Part shown: positions 9,994 to 20,150 of the stretch, piece by piece
Layout: the number at the start of each line of letters is the position of its first letter
Position numbering within the stretch: the first letter of the stretch is position 1
Source: an uncultured Bacillales bacterium
GTDB taxonomy: Bacteria; Bacillota_I; Bacilli_A; RF39; UBA660
Reading direction: 5' to 3'
DNA: 64,000 nt
Assembly: GCA_946611235.1 (NCBI GenBank)
Contig: CAMODE010000040.1
Location: 10,149-74,148, forward strand
Position numbers and translations under genes: made by a program
The notes under the pieces: model-generated
Told to the model about the DNA's origin: nothing
The model's input: only the letters and a program-made list of their open reading frames with translations
Database searches by the model: none

Positions 9994-10398
9994 GTGATGC
10001 TAGTGAAGAAAAAAATAATAATACTTATAATAGTTCTATTACTAATAATTATATCAATATTTTTAATTATACTAGTACCACCATTAAAAAATAAAAAATA
10101 TCAAGAAGAATTATTAGATGCAATCTATAAAAATACCAAATTAGAAAATATTAATTATCTAAATAAAGATAGTAACTATTATGTAGTAAAAATAGATAAT
10201 AAAGTAATAGTATTAGATTTAAACTATGAAGAAGTATTTTCCAAAGAATTAGTAAAAGAAGGAAACTTACCAATAGTATATAAAAGAAACAATCTATATT
10301 ATGAAGAAAAAATAAGAAAAAAGAATAGTCTAAAATATAATTATTATAATACTGATGATTTATCTCTTATCTTTTCTTCTACAGTAGGAGGTAATTAA
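9994..10398 (+). CDS. Small membrane-anchored protein (single N-terminal TM)
   Basis: Hydrophobic N-terminus IIILIIVLLLIIISIFLIILV. Stop abuts the dnaD start codon (10399). Confidence 0.5.
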   Translation: MMLVKKKIIILIIVLLLIIISIFLIILVPPLKNKKYQEELLDAIYKNTKLENINYLNKDSNYYVVKIDNKVIVLDLNYEEVFSKELVKEGNLPIVYKRNNLYYEEKIRKKNSLKYNYYNTDDLSLIFSSTVGGN

Positions 10399-11049
10399 AT
10401 GGAAGAAGTAGAAAGATTATTAAAAGAAAAACCAATAGTATTACCAAGATTTTTATTTAACTATTATTTAAGAATTGGAATAACTTCTGAAGAATTAATA
10501 GTACTAATATATATTATCGATAAAGGTGATAAAATAATATACAATCCTGAAGATGTTGCTAGTTCATTAGGTATGGATAAATATAAAGTTATGGAATTAT
10601 TAAATAACTTAAATGAAAAGAAAATACTATCCATATCAGTTGAAAAAAATAAAGAAGGTAAAAGAGAAGAATATATATCATTAGATTTATTATATAAAAA
10701 AATATTAGGAATAATAATGAATAATAATAATGAAGAAAAAACAATAGATAATAGTGATTTATACTCAATATTTGAAAAAGAATTTGGTAGAACAATATCC
10801 CCTTTAGAATGTCAAATAATTAAAGGTTGGATTGATGACAATATACCTCATGAATTAATACTAGAAGGCTTAAAAGAAGCCGTATATAATGGAGCGAATA
10901 GTTTTAGATATATCGAAAAAATATTATATGATTGGCGTAAAAAAGGTTATAAAACCAAAGAAGATGTTATGAATGCTAAAGAAAAATATCGTGAAAGTAA
11001 AAAAGAAGTAAAAGATATCTTTCACTATGATTGGTTAAATGATGATTAA
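10399..11049 (+). CDS. dnaD: DnaD-domain replication initiation / membrane attachment protein
   Basis: C-terminal DnaD/DnaB-type domain (YIEKILYDW... motif). dnaD-nth adjacency as in Bacillus. Confidence 0.7.
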   Translation: MEEVERLLKEKPIVLPRFLFNYYLRIGITSEELIVLIYIIDKGDKIIYNPEDVASSLGMDKYKVMELLNNLNEKKILSISVEKNKEGKREEYISLDLLYKKILGIIMNNNNEEKTIDNSDLYSIFEKEFGRTISPLECQIIKGWIDDNIPHELILEGLKEAVYNGANSFRYIEKILYDWRKKGYKTKEDVMNAKEKYRESKKEVKDIFHYDWLNDD

Positions 11050-11668
11050 TAATATATTAAATTATTTAGATGAACTATATCCAAATGCTATATGTGAATT
11101 AAAATACACTAAAGATTATGAATTATTATTAGCAATTGTAATGTCCACTCAAACAACTGATAAAAGAGTAAATGAAGTAAATAAAGTATTATTTAAAAAA
11201 TATGATTCATTAGATAAATTAGCAAGTGCCAATATTAAAGATATTGAAGAAATAATAAAACCAATTGGTACTTATAAAAAGAAAAGTATCTATATTAAAG
11301 AAATAACAACTAAATTAGTTAATGATCATATCAAAGAAATACCAAATAGCAGAACTTATTTAGAAAGCTTACCAGGAGTAGGAAGAAAAACAACTAATGT
11401 ATTTTTATCTGTTATATATAATGAACCCTCAATAGCGGTAGATACCCATGTTGAAAGAGTAAGTAAAAGATTAAATCTTGCTAAAGAAAATGATACCGTC
11501 CTAGAAGTAGAACAAAAATTAATGAAAAAAATACCAAAAGAAAAATGGAGTAAAGTTCATCATCAATTAGTCTTCTTTGGTAGATATAAATGTAAGAGTA
11601 TCAAACCAGATTGTTGTAATTGCAAAATAAAAGATTATTGTAAATATAGTAAAGTAAATTCTAAATAA
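11039..11668 (+). CDS. nth: Endonuclease III (DNA glycosylase/AP lyase)
   Basis: HhH-GPD domain plus the C-terminal C-x6-C-x2-C-x5-C [4Fe-4S] motif. Confidence 0.9.
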   Translation: MMINNILNYLDELYPNAICELKYTKDYELLLAIVMSTQTTDKRVNEVNKVLFKKYDSLDKLASANIKDIEEIIKPIGTYKKKSIYIKEITTKLVNDHIKEIPNSRTYLESLPGVGRKTTNVFLSVIYNEPSIAVDTHVERVSKRLNLAKENDTVLEVEQKLMKKIPKEKWSKVHHQLVFFGRYKCKSIKPDCCNCKIKDYCKYSKVNSK

Positions 11669-11696
11669 TAGAATTTATTTTCATTAAGGAGTAAAT

Positions 11697-12509
11697 ATGA
11701 AATTTAAAAAAATATATATTGAAATAACAAATATATGTAATCTAAATTGTTCCTTTTGTAGTAAAACAAAAAGGCAAAGAAAAGAAATGACATTAGAAGA
11801 ATTCTCTATAATATTACAAAGAATAAATAATTATACCGATTATATATATCTCCATGTAAAAGGAGAACCATTAATTCATAAAGACTTAGATAAAGTATTA
11901 TCGTTAACCAAAAAATATAATAAAAAAGTATGTATAACTACTAATGGAGTCTTTCTAAAAGATAAATTAAATATATTAAATAATTACGATAATATTTATC
12001 AAATTAATATATCTCTACATAGTGAGAATAATAAAGAAAATTATTTAGAAGATATTTTATATTCTATAGATAAACTAAAATACCCCTATATAAGTTTAAG
12101 ATTTTGGACTTTAGATAAAGGATTAATGGATAATAAAACAAAAAAATATCTAGATACAATTAAAGATAAATATCAAATAGATGAAATAAAAAATAACATA
12201 AAATTAAAAGATAAAATATATTTAAGTTTAGATGATAAATTTGAATGGCCAGATATAACTAATAACAATAATACCGATGGCTATTGCCTAGGAGGTAAAT
12301 CTCATATTGCTATTTTATCCGATGGTACAGTAATAATCTGCTGTTTAGATGGAGAAGGACATTCTAATTTAGGAAATATTTATAATACTACTTTAAAAGA
12401 AATAATAGAAAGTAATAAATATAAAAATACAATAAATAATTTTCAAAATAGAAAATGTTATCTAGATATATGTAAGCACTGTACTTATAAAGATAGATTT
12501 AAAAAATAA
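11697..12509 (+). CDS. Radical SAM protein with C-terminal Cys-rich SPASM/twitch-like region, substrate unknown
   Basis: CNLNCSFC radical SAM motif at the N-terminus. C-terminal cysteines (CC...C...C..C). RBS AAGGAG. Confidence 0.75.
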   Translation: MKFKKIYIEITNICNLNCSFCSKTKRQRKEMTLEEFSIILQRINNYTDYIYLHVKGEPLIHKDLDKVLSLTKKYNKKVCITTNGVFLKDKLNILNNYDNIYQINISLHSENNKENYLEDILYSIDKLKYPYISLRFWTLDKGLMDNKTKKYLDTIKDKYQIDEIKNNIKLKDKIYLSLDDKFEWPDITNNNNTDGYCLGGKSHIAILSDGTVIICCLDGEGHSNLGNIYNTTLKEIIESNKYKNTINNFQNRKCYLDICKHCTYKDRFKK

Positions 12510-12531
12510 AGAAAGTTTTTAATAATTAACA

Positions 12532-12561
12532 AGAGAAAATATACTAGTTTCTCTTTTTTTG
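12532..12561 (+). terminator. Rho-independent terminator
   Basis: AGAGAAA / TTTCTCT stem plus TTTTTTT. Confidence 0.55.
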
Positions 12562-12596
12562 TGTTATACTAAATATGTAAAGAAATGAGGTATAAT

Positions 12597-14417
12597 ATGT
12601 GCGGAATAGTAGGATTTATAGATAAATCAAAAAACAAAAAGAAAATAATAAAAGATATGGCTAATTTAATAAAACATAGAGGGCCAGATTCCGATGGATA
12701 CTATGTTGATGAAGATGTAGCTCTAGGTTTTAGAAGATTATCGATAATAGATTTAAAAGGTGGAGATCAACCAATCTATAATGAAGATAAAACAAAATTA
12801 GTTTTCATGAATGGTGAAATATACAATTATCAAGAACTAAAAGATGATTTAATAAGTAAAGGTCATAAATTTAGTACCAATGCCGATACTGAAGTATTAC
12901 TACATGGTTACGAAGAATATCGAGAATCACTTTTGGATAAGCTTCGAGGTATGTTTGCATTCATAATATATGATATAGAAAAAAAAGAATTATTTGGAGC
13001 AAGAGATTTTTATGGAATAAAGCCACTATATTATTACATAACAGATGATGAATTTATGTATGGAAGCGAAATAAAAAGTTTTTTAGCTCATCCCAATTTC
13101 AAGAAGGAATTAAATAGAGAGATGCTTGAAGACTATTTGACATTTCAATATAGTGTTGGAGAGGAATCATTCTTTAAAGATGTATATAAATTAAGACCAG
13201 GGCATTATTTTAAATATAAAGATGGAAAATTAACAATTAATCAGTACTATAGTATTAAATTTGAACAAGATGATACTAAGACTGAAGAAGAATGGAAAGA
13301 AGAAATAAAGAATCTTCTAGATGATTCAATAAAAGCCCATAAAGTATCTGACGTTGAGGTAGGTAGTTTCTTATCTAGTGGCGTTGATTCTTCATTTGTA
13401 GCTACTGCTAGTAAAGTAGATAAAACATTTACCGTAGGTTGGGATAATAAAAATTATAGTGAAATAGATTATGCTAAAGAATTATCTAAAATGATAGATG
13501 TAAAAAATATTAGTAAAAAAATAAGTAAAAAAGAATATTTTGATAATTTTAGTAATATTCAGTATTTAATGGATGAACCACTAGCAGATCCTTCTGCAAT
13601 TGCATTATACTTTGTTGCAAATATCGCATCAAAAAATGTAAAAGTAGCTTTATCAGGAGAAGGAGCAGATGAAATATTTGGTGGATATAATATTTACCAC
13701 GAACCATATTCTGTAAGTTGGTATTATAAAATCCCATATAAACTAAGAAGATTCTTAGGCATTATAGTATATCCATTTAGACATCACACTGGCTTTAATT
13801 TTATTTATAGAAGAAGTCACGAATTAAAAGATCGTTATGTTGGTAATGCCTTTATGTTTGAACCACAAGAAACAAAAAAAATATTGAACTACAAGACTAA
13901 ACCAACAACATTTAAAGATTTAACAAGACAATATTATAATAGAGCAAGAGATTATGATGAAGTTACAAAAATGCAATATATTGATTTCAATTTTTGGTTA
14001 ATCGGAGATATCCTTCTAAAAGCAGATAAAATGTCAATGGCCAATTCCTTAGAAGTTAGAGTACCATTTCTAGATAGAGTATTAATAGATACAGTAAGAA
14101 AATTACCTACTAAGTATAAAATAAAAAATGGAAAGACAAAATATTTATTTAGAGAAGTTGCTCATGATATCTTACCAGAAAAATGGTCAAATAAAAAGAA
14201 ATTAGGTTTTCCAGTACCAATAAGAGACTGGCTAAAAGAAGAAGATACATATAATATAGTAAAAGAAACATTCTCTAAATCAGGAGAGTTCTTTAAACCA
14301 AATAAAATAATCAAACTATTAGATGAACATAAAAAAGGAAAGAAAGATAATAGTAGAAAAATATGGACTATCTATTCCTTCCTAGTATGGTATGATGAAT
14401 ATTTTAATAAAAGATAA
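12597..14417 (+). CDS. asnB: Asparagine synthetase (glutamine-hydrolysing)
   Basis: N-terminal MCGIVG amidotransferase nucleophile. Start re-picked at ATG 12597 by RBS GAGGT. AsnB synthetase domain motifs (SGGVDSS). Confidence 0.9.
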   Translation: MCGIVGFIDKSKNKKKIIKDMANLIKHRGPDSDGYYVDEDVALGFRRLSIIDLKGGDQPIYNEDKTKLVFMNGEIYNYQELKDDLISKGHKFSTNADTEVLLHGYEEYRESLLDKLRGMFAFIIYDIEKKELFGARDFYGIKPLYYYITDDEFMYGSEIKSFLAHPNFKKELNREMLEDYLTFQYSVGEESFFKDVYKLRPGHYFKYKDGKLTINQYYSIKFEQDDTKTEEEWKEEIKNLLDDSIKAHKVSDVEVGSFLSSGVDSSFVATASKVDKTFTVGWDNKNYSEIDYAKELSKMIDVKNISKKISKKEYFDNFSNIQYLMDEPLADPSAIALYFVANIASKNVKVALSGEGADEIFGGYNIYHEPYSVSWYYKIPYKLRRFLGIIVYPFRHHTGFNFIYRRSHELKDRYVGNAFMFEPQETKKILNYKTKPTTFKDLTRQYYNRARDYDEVTKMQYIDFNFWLIGDILLKADKMSMANSLEVRVPFLDRVLIDTVRKLPTKYKIKNGKTKYLFREVAHDILPEKWSNKKKLGFPVPIRDWLKEEDTYNIVKETFSKSGEFFKPNKIIKLLDEHKKGKKDNSRKIWTIYSFLVWYDEYFNKR

Positions 14418-14436
14418 AGCTATTTATCTTTTTTTC
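14412..14436 (+). terminator. Rho-independent terminator after asnB
   Basis: AGATAAA / TTTATCT stem plus TTTTTT. Confidence 0.5.
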
Positions 14437-14480
14437 TTTAACTATTTATGATAAAATATTGATGTTTGGAAGTGAAGTAT

Positions 14481-15749
14481 ATGAAAGTAGGAATATATAG
14501 TTTAGGATGTAAAGTAAATATCTACGAATCAGAGTATGTTACTAATTTATTAAAAGAACATAATTATGAAATAGTTGATTTTGATTCAAAGGCAGATATC
14601 TATATCATTAATACATGTTCAGTAACAAATGAAAGTGATAAAAAATCTAGAAAAATAATTAACAGAGCAAAAAAGACTAGTCCAAAGGCTTGTATTATTG
14701 TAATGGGCTGCTACAGTCAAGTAAGTTCAGATGACATAGAAGCAGACATCATCTTAGGAAATAAAGACAAGTCAAAGATAATAGAACTTATAGATGATTA
14801 CTTTGAAAAAAAAGAAAAGAAAAAACTAATATACGATTTATCTAAAGTAGAACTCGAAGACATGGAAATCCATTCTTTTGAAAATCATACAAGGGCTTTT
14901 GTCAAAGTCCAAGATGGATGTAATGCCTTTTGTTCATATTGTATTATTCCTTATACTAGAGGTAGAGTAAGAAGTAAGAAATTAGAATCAGTTATAAATG
15001 AAGTAACAAACTTAGTAAATAATGGTTATAAAGAAATAGTACTAACAGGTATTCATACTGGTAGATATGGCATCGATATAAATTCTTCTCTTGAAGAACT
15101 TCTATCAAAACTAGTTCAAATACCAGGTATCTTTCGAATAAGACTATCATCAATTGAAATAAATGAAATAACCCCAGGTATTATAAAACTATTAAAAGAA
15201 AATAATATCATGGCAAAGCACTTACATGTACCAATTCAATCAGGTAGTAATAAAATATTAAAACTAATGAATCGTAGATATAATAAAGAAGAGTTTCTAT
15301 CTATGATCGATAATCTAAAAGAAATACCAGAAATATCTTTAACTACTGATTTAATTGTTGGTTTTCCACATGAAACAGAAGAAGACTTTAATGAAACAAT
15401 AGATACTTTAAAGAAGATAGGCTTTACTAAAATACATACCTTTCCATATTCCAGAAGAAAAGGAACTCCTGCTGATAGAATGGATGAACAAGTATCTTCT
15501 GAAATAAAAAAAGAAAGAGTTCATACTATATTAGAATTATCAAGTGAATATGAAATTAAGTATTATAAAAGCAAAATAGGTAAAGTATATGATGGAGTAG
15601 TAGAACACCATAATAATGGAGACACTATTGTTCATACATCTAACTTTATACCAGTAATAGTATCTAATACTAATTTAAATAATAATGATATCGTCAAAGT
15701 AAAAATAGAAAAAGTAGATAACTTAAAAGTATACGGAAGTATACAATAG
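14481..15749 (+). CDS. mtaB: MiaB-family radical SAM methylthiotransferase, MtaB-like
   Basis: N-terminal MTTase domain (GCKVN), radical SAM CxxxCxxC, C-terminal TRAM-like domain. Start re-picked at 14481 by RBS. Confidence 0.75.
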   Translation: MKVGIYSLGCKVNIYESEYVTNLLKEHNYEIVDFDSKADIYIINTCSVTNESDKKSRKIINRAKKTSPKACIIVMGCYSQVSSDDIEADIILGNKDKSKIIELIDDYFEKKEKKKLIYDLSKVELEDMEIHSFENHTRAFVKVQDGCNAFCSYCIIPYTRGRVRSKKLESVINEVTNLVNNGYKEIVLTGIHTGRYGIDINSSLEELLSKLVQIPGIFRIRLSSIEINEITPGIIKLLKENNIMAKHLHVPIQSGSNKILKLMNRRYNKEEFLSMIDNLKEIPEISLTTDLIVGFPHETEEDFNETIDTLKKIGFTKIHTFPYSRRKGTPADRMDEQVSSEIKKERVHTILELSSEYEIKYYKSKIGKVYDGVVEHHNNGDTIVHTSNFIPVIVSNTNLNNNDIVKVKIEKVDNLKVYGSIQ

Positions 15750-15875
15750 TTATCTTTTGTTTTATGAAGTTAATATTTTATAAACCATCAATTGACTATC
15801 TATATTTATTCATGATATAATTTATAACGTTGATAATTATAAATATTAATCATAGTATATAAAGTGGAGGTAAAT

Positions 15876-17639
15876 ATGTTTAAATTATTAAAGAATTTAA
15901 GAAAGAAAGATATATTATATGCTATTATCTGTGCATTATTAGTGGTACTTCAAGTATGGTTAGAACTTAAAATGCCTGATTATATGTCTAATATTACACA
16001 ACTTGTTCAAACTAAAGGAGCAAGTATGAGTGATATATTAAGACAAGGTGGATACATGCTCCTATGTGCTTTTGGTAGTTTAGTATCCGCAGTTATTATA
16101 GGATATTTTTCATCCCTTGTGGCTTCTTCTTTCTCATATCGTACAAGAGAAAAAGTATTTAAGAAAGTAGAAGAACTTCCGGAAGAAAAAATAAAAGGAT
16201 TCAAAGTAAGTAGTTTAATTACTAGAACTACTAACGATATTACCCAAATGGAAATATTATTATCCATGGGACTTCATTTAATGATAAAGTCTCCAGTAAT
16301 GGCAGTATGGGCCGTTACTAAGATATTAGGTAAAAGTCTACAGTGGAGTTTTTTAACAGCCCTAGCGGTTGTAATCCTTCTTATATCAATAGGAATAATT
16401 ATGTCTATTGTTATGCCAAAATTCAAAATAATTCAAGATTTAATCGATAGAATAAATGGAGTATCTAGAGAAAATTTATCTGGTATTAGAGTAGTAAGAG
16501 CTTTTAATGCTGAAAAGTATAGTGAAAATAAATTTGAAAAAGTAAATAATGATTTAACTAATAATCAATTATTTAATCAAAAAGCTTTTAATTTTCTTAG
16601 TCCAATTATGTCTTTAGTATTATATGGATTAACATTATCTATTTATTTTGTTGGAGCCATTCTAATAAATAATGCTGGACTATCTGATAAAATAGTTTTA
16701 TTTGGCGATATGATTGTCTTTTCATCATATGCTATGCAAGTAATAATGTCCTTCTTAATGCTTGCTATGATCTTTATGATGATGCCAAGAGCAAGTGTAT
16801 CTGCTAAAAGAATAAATGAAGTTATGGATAGTGTTAATAATATTGAAAATGGTTTTGTTAAAGAAAATAAAACAGGACTATCAGGTACTGTCGAATTTAA
16901 AAATGTATCATTTAAATATCCAGATGCTGATGAATACATATTACAAAATATTAACTTTACTGCAAATAAAGGAGAGACAGTGGCCTTTATTGGTTCTACT
17001 GGTTCAGGTAAATCTACATTAATAAATCTAATACCAAGGTTTTATGATGTAACAGATGGCGAAATATTAATAAATGGAATCAATATAAAAGATTATGATG
17101 AAGAATATTTACATAATATAATTGGATATGTACCACAAAAAGCTGTTATGTTTTCTGGTACAGTTGAAAGTAATATCAACTATGGTAAATCAAAAAATAA
17201 AATAACTAAGCAAAAACTAGAAGAAGCTCTTAAAGTATCCCAAGCTTATGAATTTGTATCTAAACTAGATAAAAAAGAAAAATCTCATATCGCAAGTGGT
17301 GGTACTAATGTAAGTGGTGGTCAAAAACAAAGATTATCAATAGCTAGAGTAATAGCTAGAAATCCAGAAATATATATCTTTGATGATTCTTTTAGTGCCT
17401 TAGACTATAAAACTGATATAACACTAAGAAAAGAATTAAAAAAGTATACAGGAGGTTCTACTAATCTAATCGTAGCACAAAGAATAGGAACAATACTTAA
17501 TGCTGATAAAATAATCGTACTAGAAAAAGGAAGATGTGTTGGTATAGGTACACATAAAGAGTTAATGAAAACTTGTGATGTCTATAAAGAAATAGCTTTA
17601 TCACAAGTATCAAAGGAGGAGTTAGAAAATGCAGGATAA
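15876..17639 (+). CDS. ABC transporter permease/ATP-binding protein (type I exporter half-transporter)
   Basis: 6-TM domain plus Walker A GSTGSGKST and signature VSGGQKQRLSIAR. Start re-picked at ATG 15876 (GGAGG RBS). Confidence 0.9.
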   Translation: MFKLLKNLRKKDILYAIICALLVVLQVWLELKMPDYMSNITQLVQTKGASMSDILRQGGYMLLCAFGSLVSAVIIGYFSSLVASSFSYRTREKVFKKVEELPEEKIKGFKVSSLITRTTNDITQMEILLSMGLHLMIKSPVMAVWAVTKILGKSLQWSFLTALAVVILLISIGIIMSIVMPKFKIIQDLIDRINGVSRENLSGIRVVRAFNAEKYSENKFEKVNNDLTNNQLFNQKAFNFLSPIMSLVLYGLTLSIYFVGAILINNAGLSDKIVLFGDMIVFSSYAMQVIMSFLMLAMIFMMMPRASVSAKRINEVMDSVNNIENGFVKENKTGLSGTVEFKNVSFKYPDADEYILQNINFTANKGETVAFIGSTGSGKSTLINLIPRFYDVTDGEILINGINIKDYDEEYLHNIIGYVPQKAVMFSGTVESNINYGKSKNKITKQKLEEALKVSQAYEFVSKLDKKEKSHIASGGTNVSGGQKQRLSIARVIARNPEIYIFDDSFSALDYKTDITLRKELKKYTGGSTNLIVAQRIGTILNADKIIVLEKGRCVGIGTHKELMKTCDVYKEIALSQVSKEELENAG

Positions 17640-19995
17640 AGAAAGAAGAAACAGTCCTCCAAGAAGAGGTCCAATGGGAAGAGGAGTACCAGAAAAACCA
17701 AAGAACTTTGGCGAAGCTATTACTAAATTAACTTCTAGTTTAAAAAGTTTTAAAGTCCAAATATTCTTATCAATAATACTCGCAGGATTATCCGCAGTGC
17801 TAGCATTATCTTCTCCTAATAGATTATCTATATTAACTGATGAAATATCTAAAGGACTAATTATAAATACAGAGAATTCCACCAAATTAAGTGAAGATAT
17901 CTTGTCTACCTTAAATAAAGATAAATTACCAGAAGTAATTAATAATATCCTTAGTTTAAATATAAATGAAACAACTATTTATAAAGTAAATACTTCAGAT
18001 ATCTCTAGTGATGATAAATTACAATTTAATTCTGCATTATCAAAAATAAATAGTGATAGAGAAAATACTATGAAGTATCTAGGAGAATTACCTGATAGTG
18101 TCTTAAAATTATTACTAGAAGAATCTACATATAATGATATAAATATAACTAAAGAAGATAAAATATCTTTCTTAAAAATATTATCTAATATAAATATGGA
18201 AGGTAATGATTATTCATTTATAAAAGAATTACCAGATAGTGTAAAAAGAATCTTATTACCAACAAGTACTGTGGATAAAGTAAAAGTAACTACTGATGAT
18301 AAATTAGAATTTATTACTATTATGAGTAGTCTTAAAGAAGATACTCCTAAAAATGAAATATATAAAATAATGGGAACATTACCAGATAGTATCCAAAAGA
18401 TAATCAATCCTAAAATGAATATGGATAGAGTAAAGAAAATAGTTATCATACTAGCAAGTATTTATATATTAAGTTCATTATTTAATTTCATTCAAGGAAG
18501 AGTAATGGTAATAGTATCAAATAAATATGCTAAAGATTTAAGGACTAAGATATCTAAAAAAATAAATAAATTACCACTTAAATATTTTGATAATAACTTA
18601 TCAGGAGATATTCTATCTAGAATAACAAATGATGTTGATACCATAGCTCAGTCACTAAACCAAAGTTTAGCAACACTCGTATCATCATTAACACTATTTA
18701 TTGGTTCTATAATTATGATGTTTGTAACTAATTGGATTTTAGCATTAACAGCAATTCTTTCTAGTATCTTTGGATTTGTCTTTATGTTTATTATCCTAGG
18801 TAAATCACAAAAATACTTTACCCAAAGACAAGAAGAATTAGGTAATTTAAATGGATATATTGAAGAAGCATATTCTGGTCTTAATGTTTTAAAGACATGT
18901 AATGCTAAAGATGAGTCTAATGAAAGATTTGATAAATTAAATGAAAAATTATATGAGTGTAACAGGAAGAGTCAGTTTTTATCAGGACTTATGCATCCAA
19001 TGATGGGCTTTATTGGTAACTTTGGTTATGTATGTGTCTGCATCGTAGGAGCCCTTCTTGCATCAAAAGAAATAATAACTTTTGGAGTAATAGTAGCTTT
19101 TATCATGTATGTAAGACAGTTTACTAATCCACTTTCTCAAATAGCTCAAGCCATGACAAGCATGCAATCAGTAGCAGCAGCATCAGAAAGAGTTTTTGAA
19201 TTTTTGGATGAAGAAGAAATGCCCATGGAAAAAGATACAATAAAATTAGAGAGGGATAAAGTAAAAGGTAAGATTGAATTTAGTCATGTTAAATTTGGCT
19301 ATAATGAAGATAAAATAATAATCAAAGACTTTAGTGCCATAGCAAAACCTGGTCAAAAGATAGCTATCGTAGGACCAACCGGTGCAGGTAAAACAACAAT
19401 GGTAAACTTACTTATGAAGTTCTATGAAATAAACTCTGGCGATATAAAGATAGATGATATATCTATTAAAGATTTAACTAGAGAAAATATTCATGAATTA
19501 TTTACTATGGTTCTTCAAGATACATGGTTATTTAATGGTACTATCAAAGAAAATATCGTTTACAATAGAAAGAATGTATCAGATAAAAAAGTAAAAGAAG
19601 TATGTGAAGTAGTAGGAGTAGATCACTTTATTAAAACATTACCAGATGGCTATAATAGCACAGTATCAGATAATGATAGCATATCCGCAGGTCAAAGACA
19701 ATTACTTACAATAGCAAGAGGTATGATAGAGGATTCACCATTCTTAATACTAGATGAAGCAACATCTAATGTAGATACTAGAACTGAAGAATTAGTTCAA
19801 AAAGCCATGGATAAATTAATGGAAAATAGAACATCATTTATCATAGCACATCGATTATCCACAATAAAAAATGCTGATTTAATATTAGTAATGAATGAAG
19901 GAAATATCATTGAACAAGGTACCCATGAAGAACTAATTAAAAAGAATGGTTTCTATGCTAACTTATATAATTCACAATTTGAAAGTATTAATTAA
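17629..19995 (+). CDS. ABC transporter permease/ATP-binding protein, partner of a heterodimeric exporter; carries a ~190-aa inserted extracytoplasmic domain with 3 internal repeats
   Basis: 11-nt overlap with the upstream ABC gene. Walker A GPTGAGKTT and signature ISAGQRQLLTIAR. Insert between TM1 and TM2 with three LPDS[VI] repeat modules. Confidence 0.9.
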   Translation: MQDKERRNSPPRRGPMGRGVPEKPKNFGEAITKLTSSLKSFKVQIFLSIILAGLSAVLALSSPNRLSILTDEISKGLIINTENSTKLSEDILSTLNKDKLPEVINNILSLNINETTIYKVNTSDISSDDKLQFNSALSKINSDRENTMKYLGELPDSVLKLLLEESTYNDINITKEDKISFLKILSNINMEGNDYSFIKELPDSVKRILLPTSTVDKVKVTTDDKLEFITIMSSLKEDTPKNEIYKIMGTLPDSIQKIINPKMNMDRVKKIVIILASIYILSSLFNFIQGRVMVIVSNKYAKDLRTKISKKINKLPLKYFDNNLSGDILSRITNDVDTIAQSLNQSLATLVSSLTLFIGSIIMMFVTNWILALTAILSSIFGFVFMFIILGKSQKYFTQRQEELGNLNGYIEEAYSGLNVLKTCNAKDESNERFDKLNEKLYECNRKSQFLSGLMHPMMGFIGNFGYVCVCIVGALLASKEIITFGVIVAFIMYVRQFTNPLSQIAQAMTSMQSVAAASERVFEFLDEEEMPMEKDTIKLERDKVKGKIEFSHVKFGYNEDKIIIKDFSAIAKPGQKIAIVGPTGAGKTTMVNLLMKFYEINSGDIKIDDISIKDLTRENIHELFTMVLQDTWLFNGTIKENIVYNRKNVSDKKVKEVCEVVGVDHFIKTLPDGYNSTVSDNDSISAGQRQLLTIARGMIEDSPFLILDEATSNVDTRTEELVQKAMDKLMENRTSFIIAHRLSTIKNADLILVMNEGNIIEQGTHEELIKKNGFYANLYNSQFESIN

Positions 19996-19997
19996 AA

Positions 19998-20026
19998 AAT
20001 GTAATCTATATGGTTACATTTTTTCT
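19998..20026 (+). terminator. Rho-independent terminator after the ABC operon
   Basis: AATGTAA / TTACATT stem plus TTTTTCT. Confidence 0.55.
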
Positions 20027-20150
20027 TTATAAATATAATCTCAATATTTATCTAAAAAAATATTAAAAGTATCAAATGTGTAAAATATTATTGCAATTAT
20101 TTTTAAACAATGTATAATAAAAAGCAATAATGATAGAAGGGGGGGAAATA

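Noticed and set aside
15864-15875. Upstream ATG starts from the ORF track for several genes (15864, 12585, 14466, 39709, 54461, 51188, 60934, 32376, 59405)
   Set aside because: Each has a downstream in-frame start with a properly spaced Shine-Dalgarno sequence and a family-typical N-terminus (e.g. MCGIVG for AsnB, MKIAVAGTGYVG for Ugd), so the shorter starts were annotated.
16816-17022. + strand 68-aa ORF inside the first ABC transporter gene
   Set aside because: Alternate-frame ORF within a conserved NBD-coding region. No RBS.
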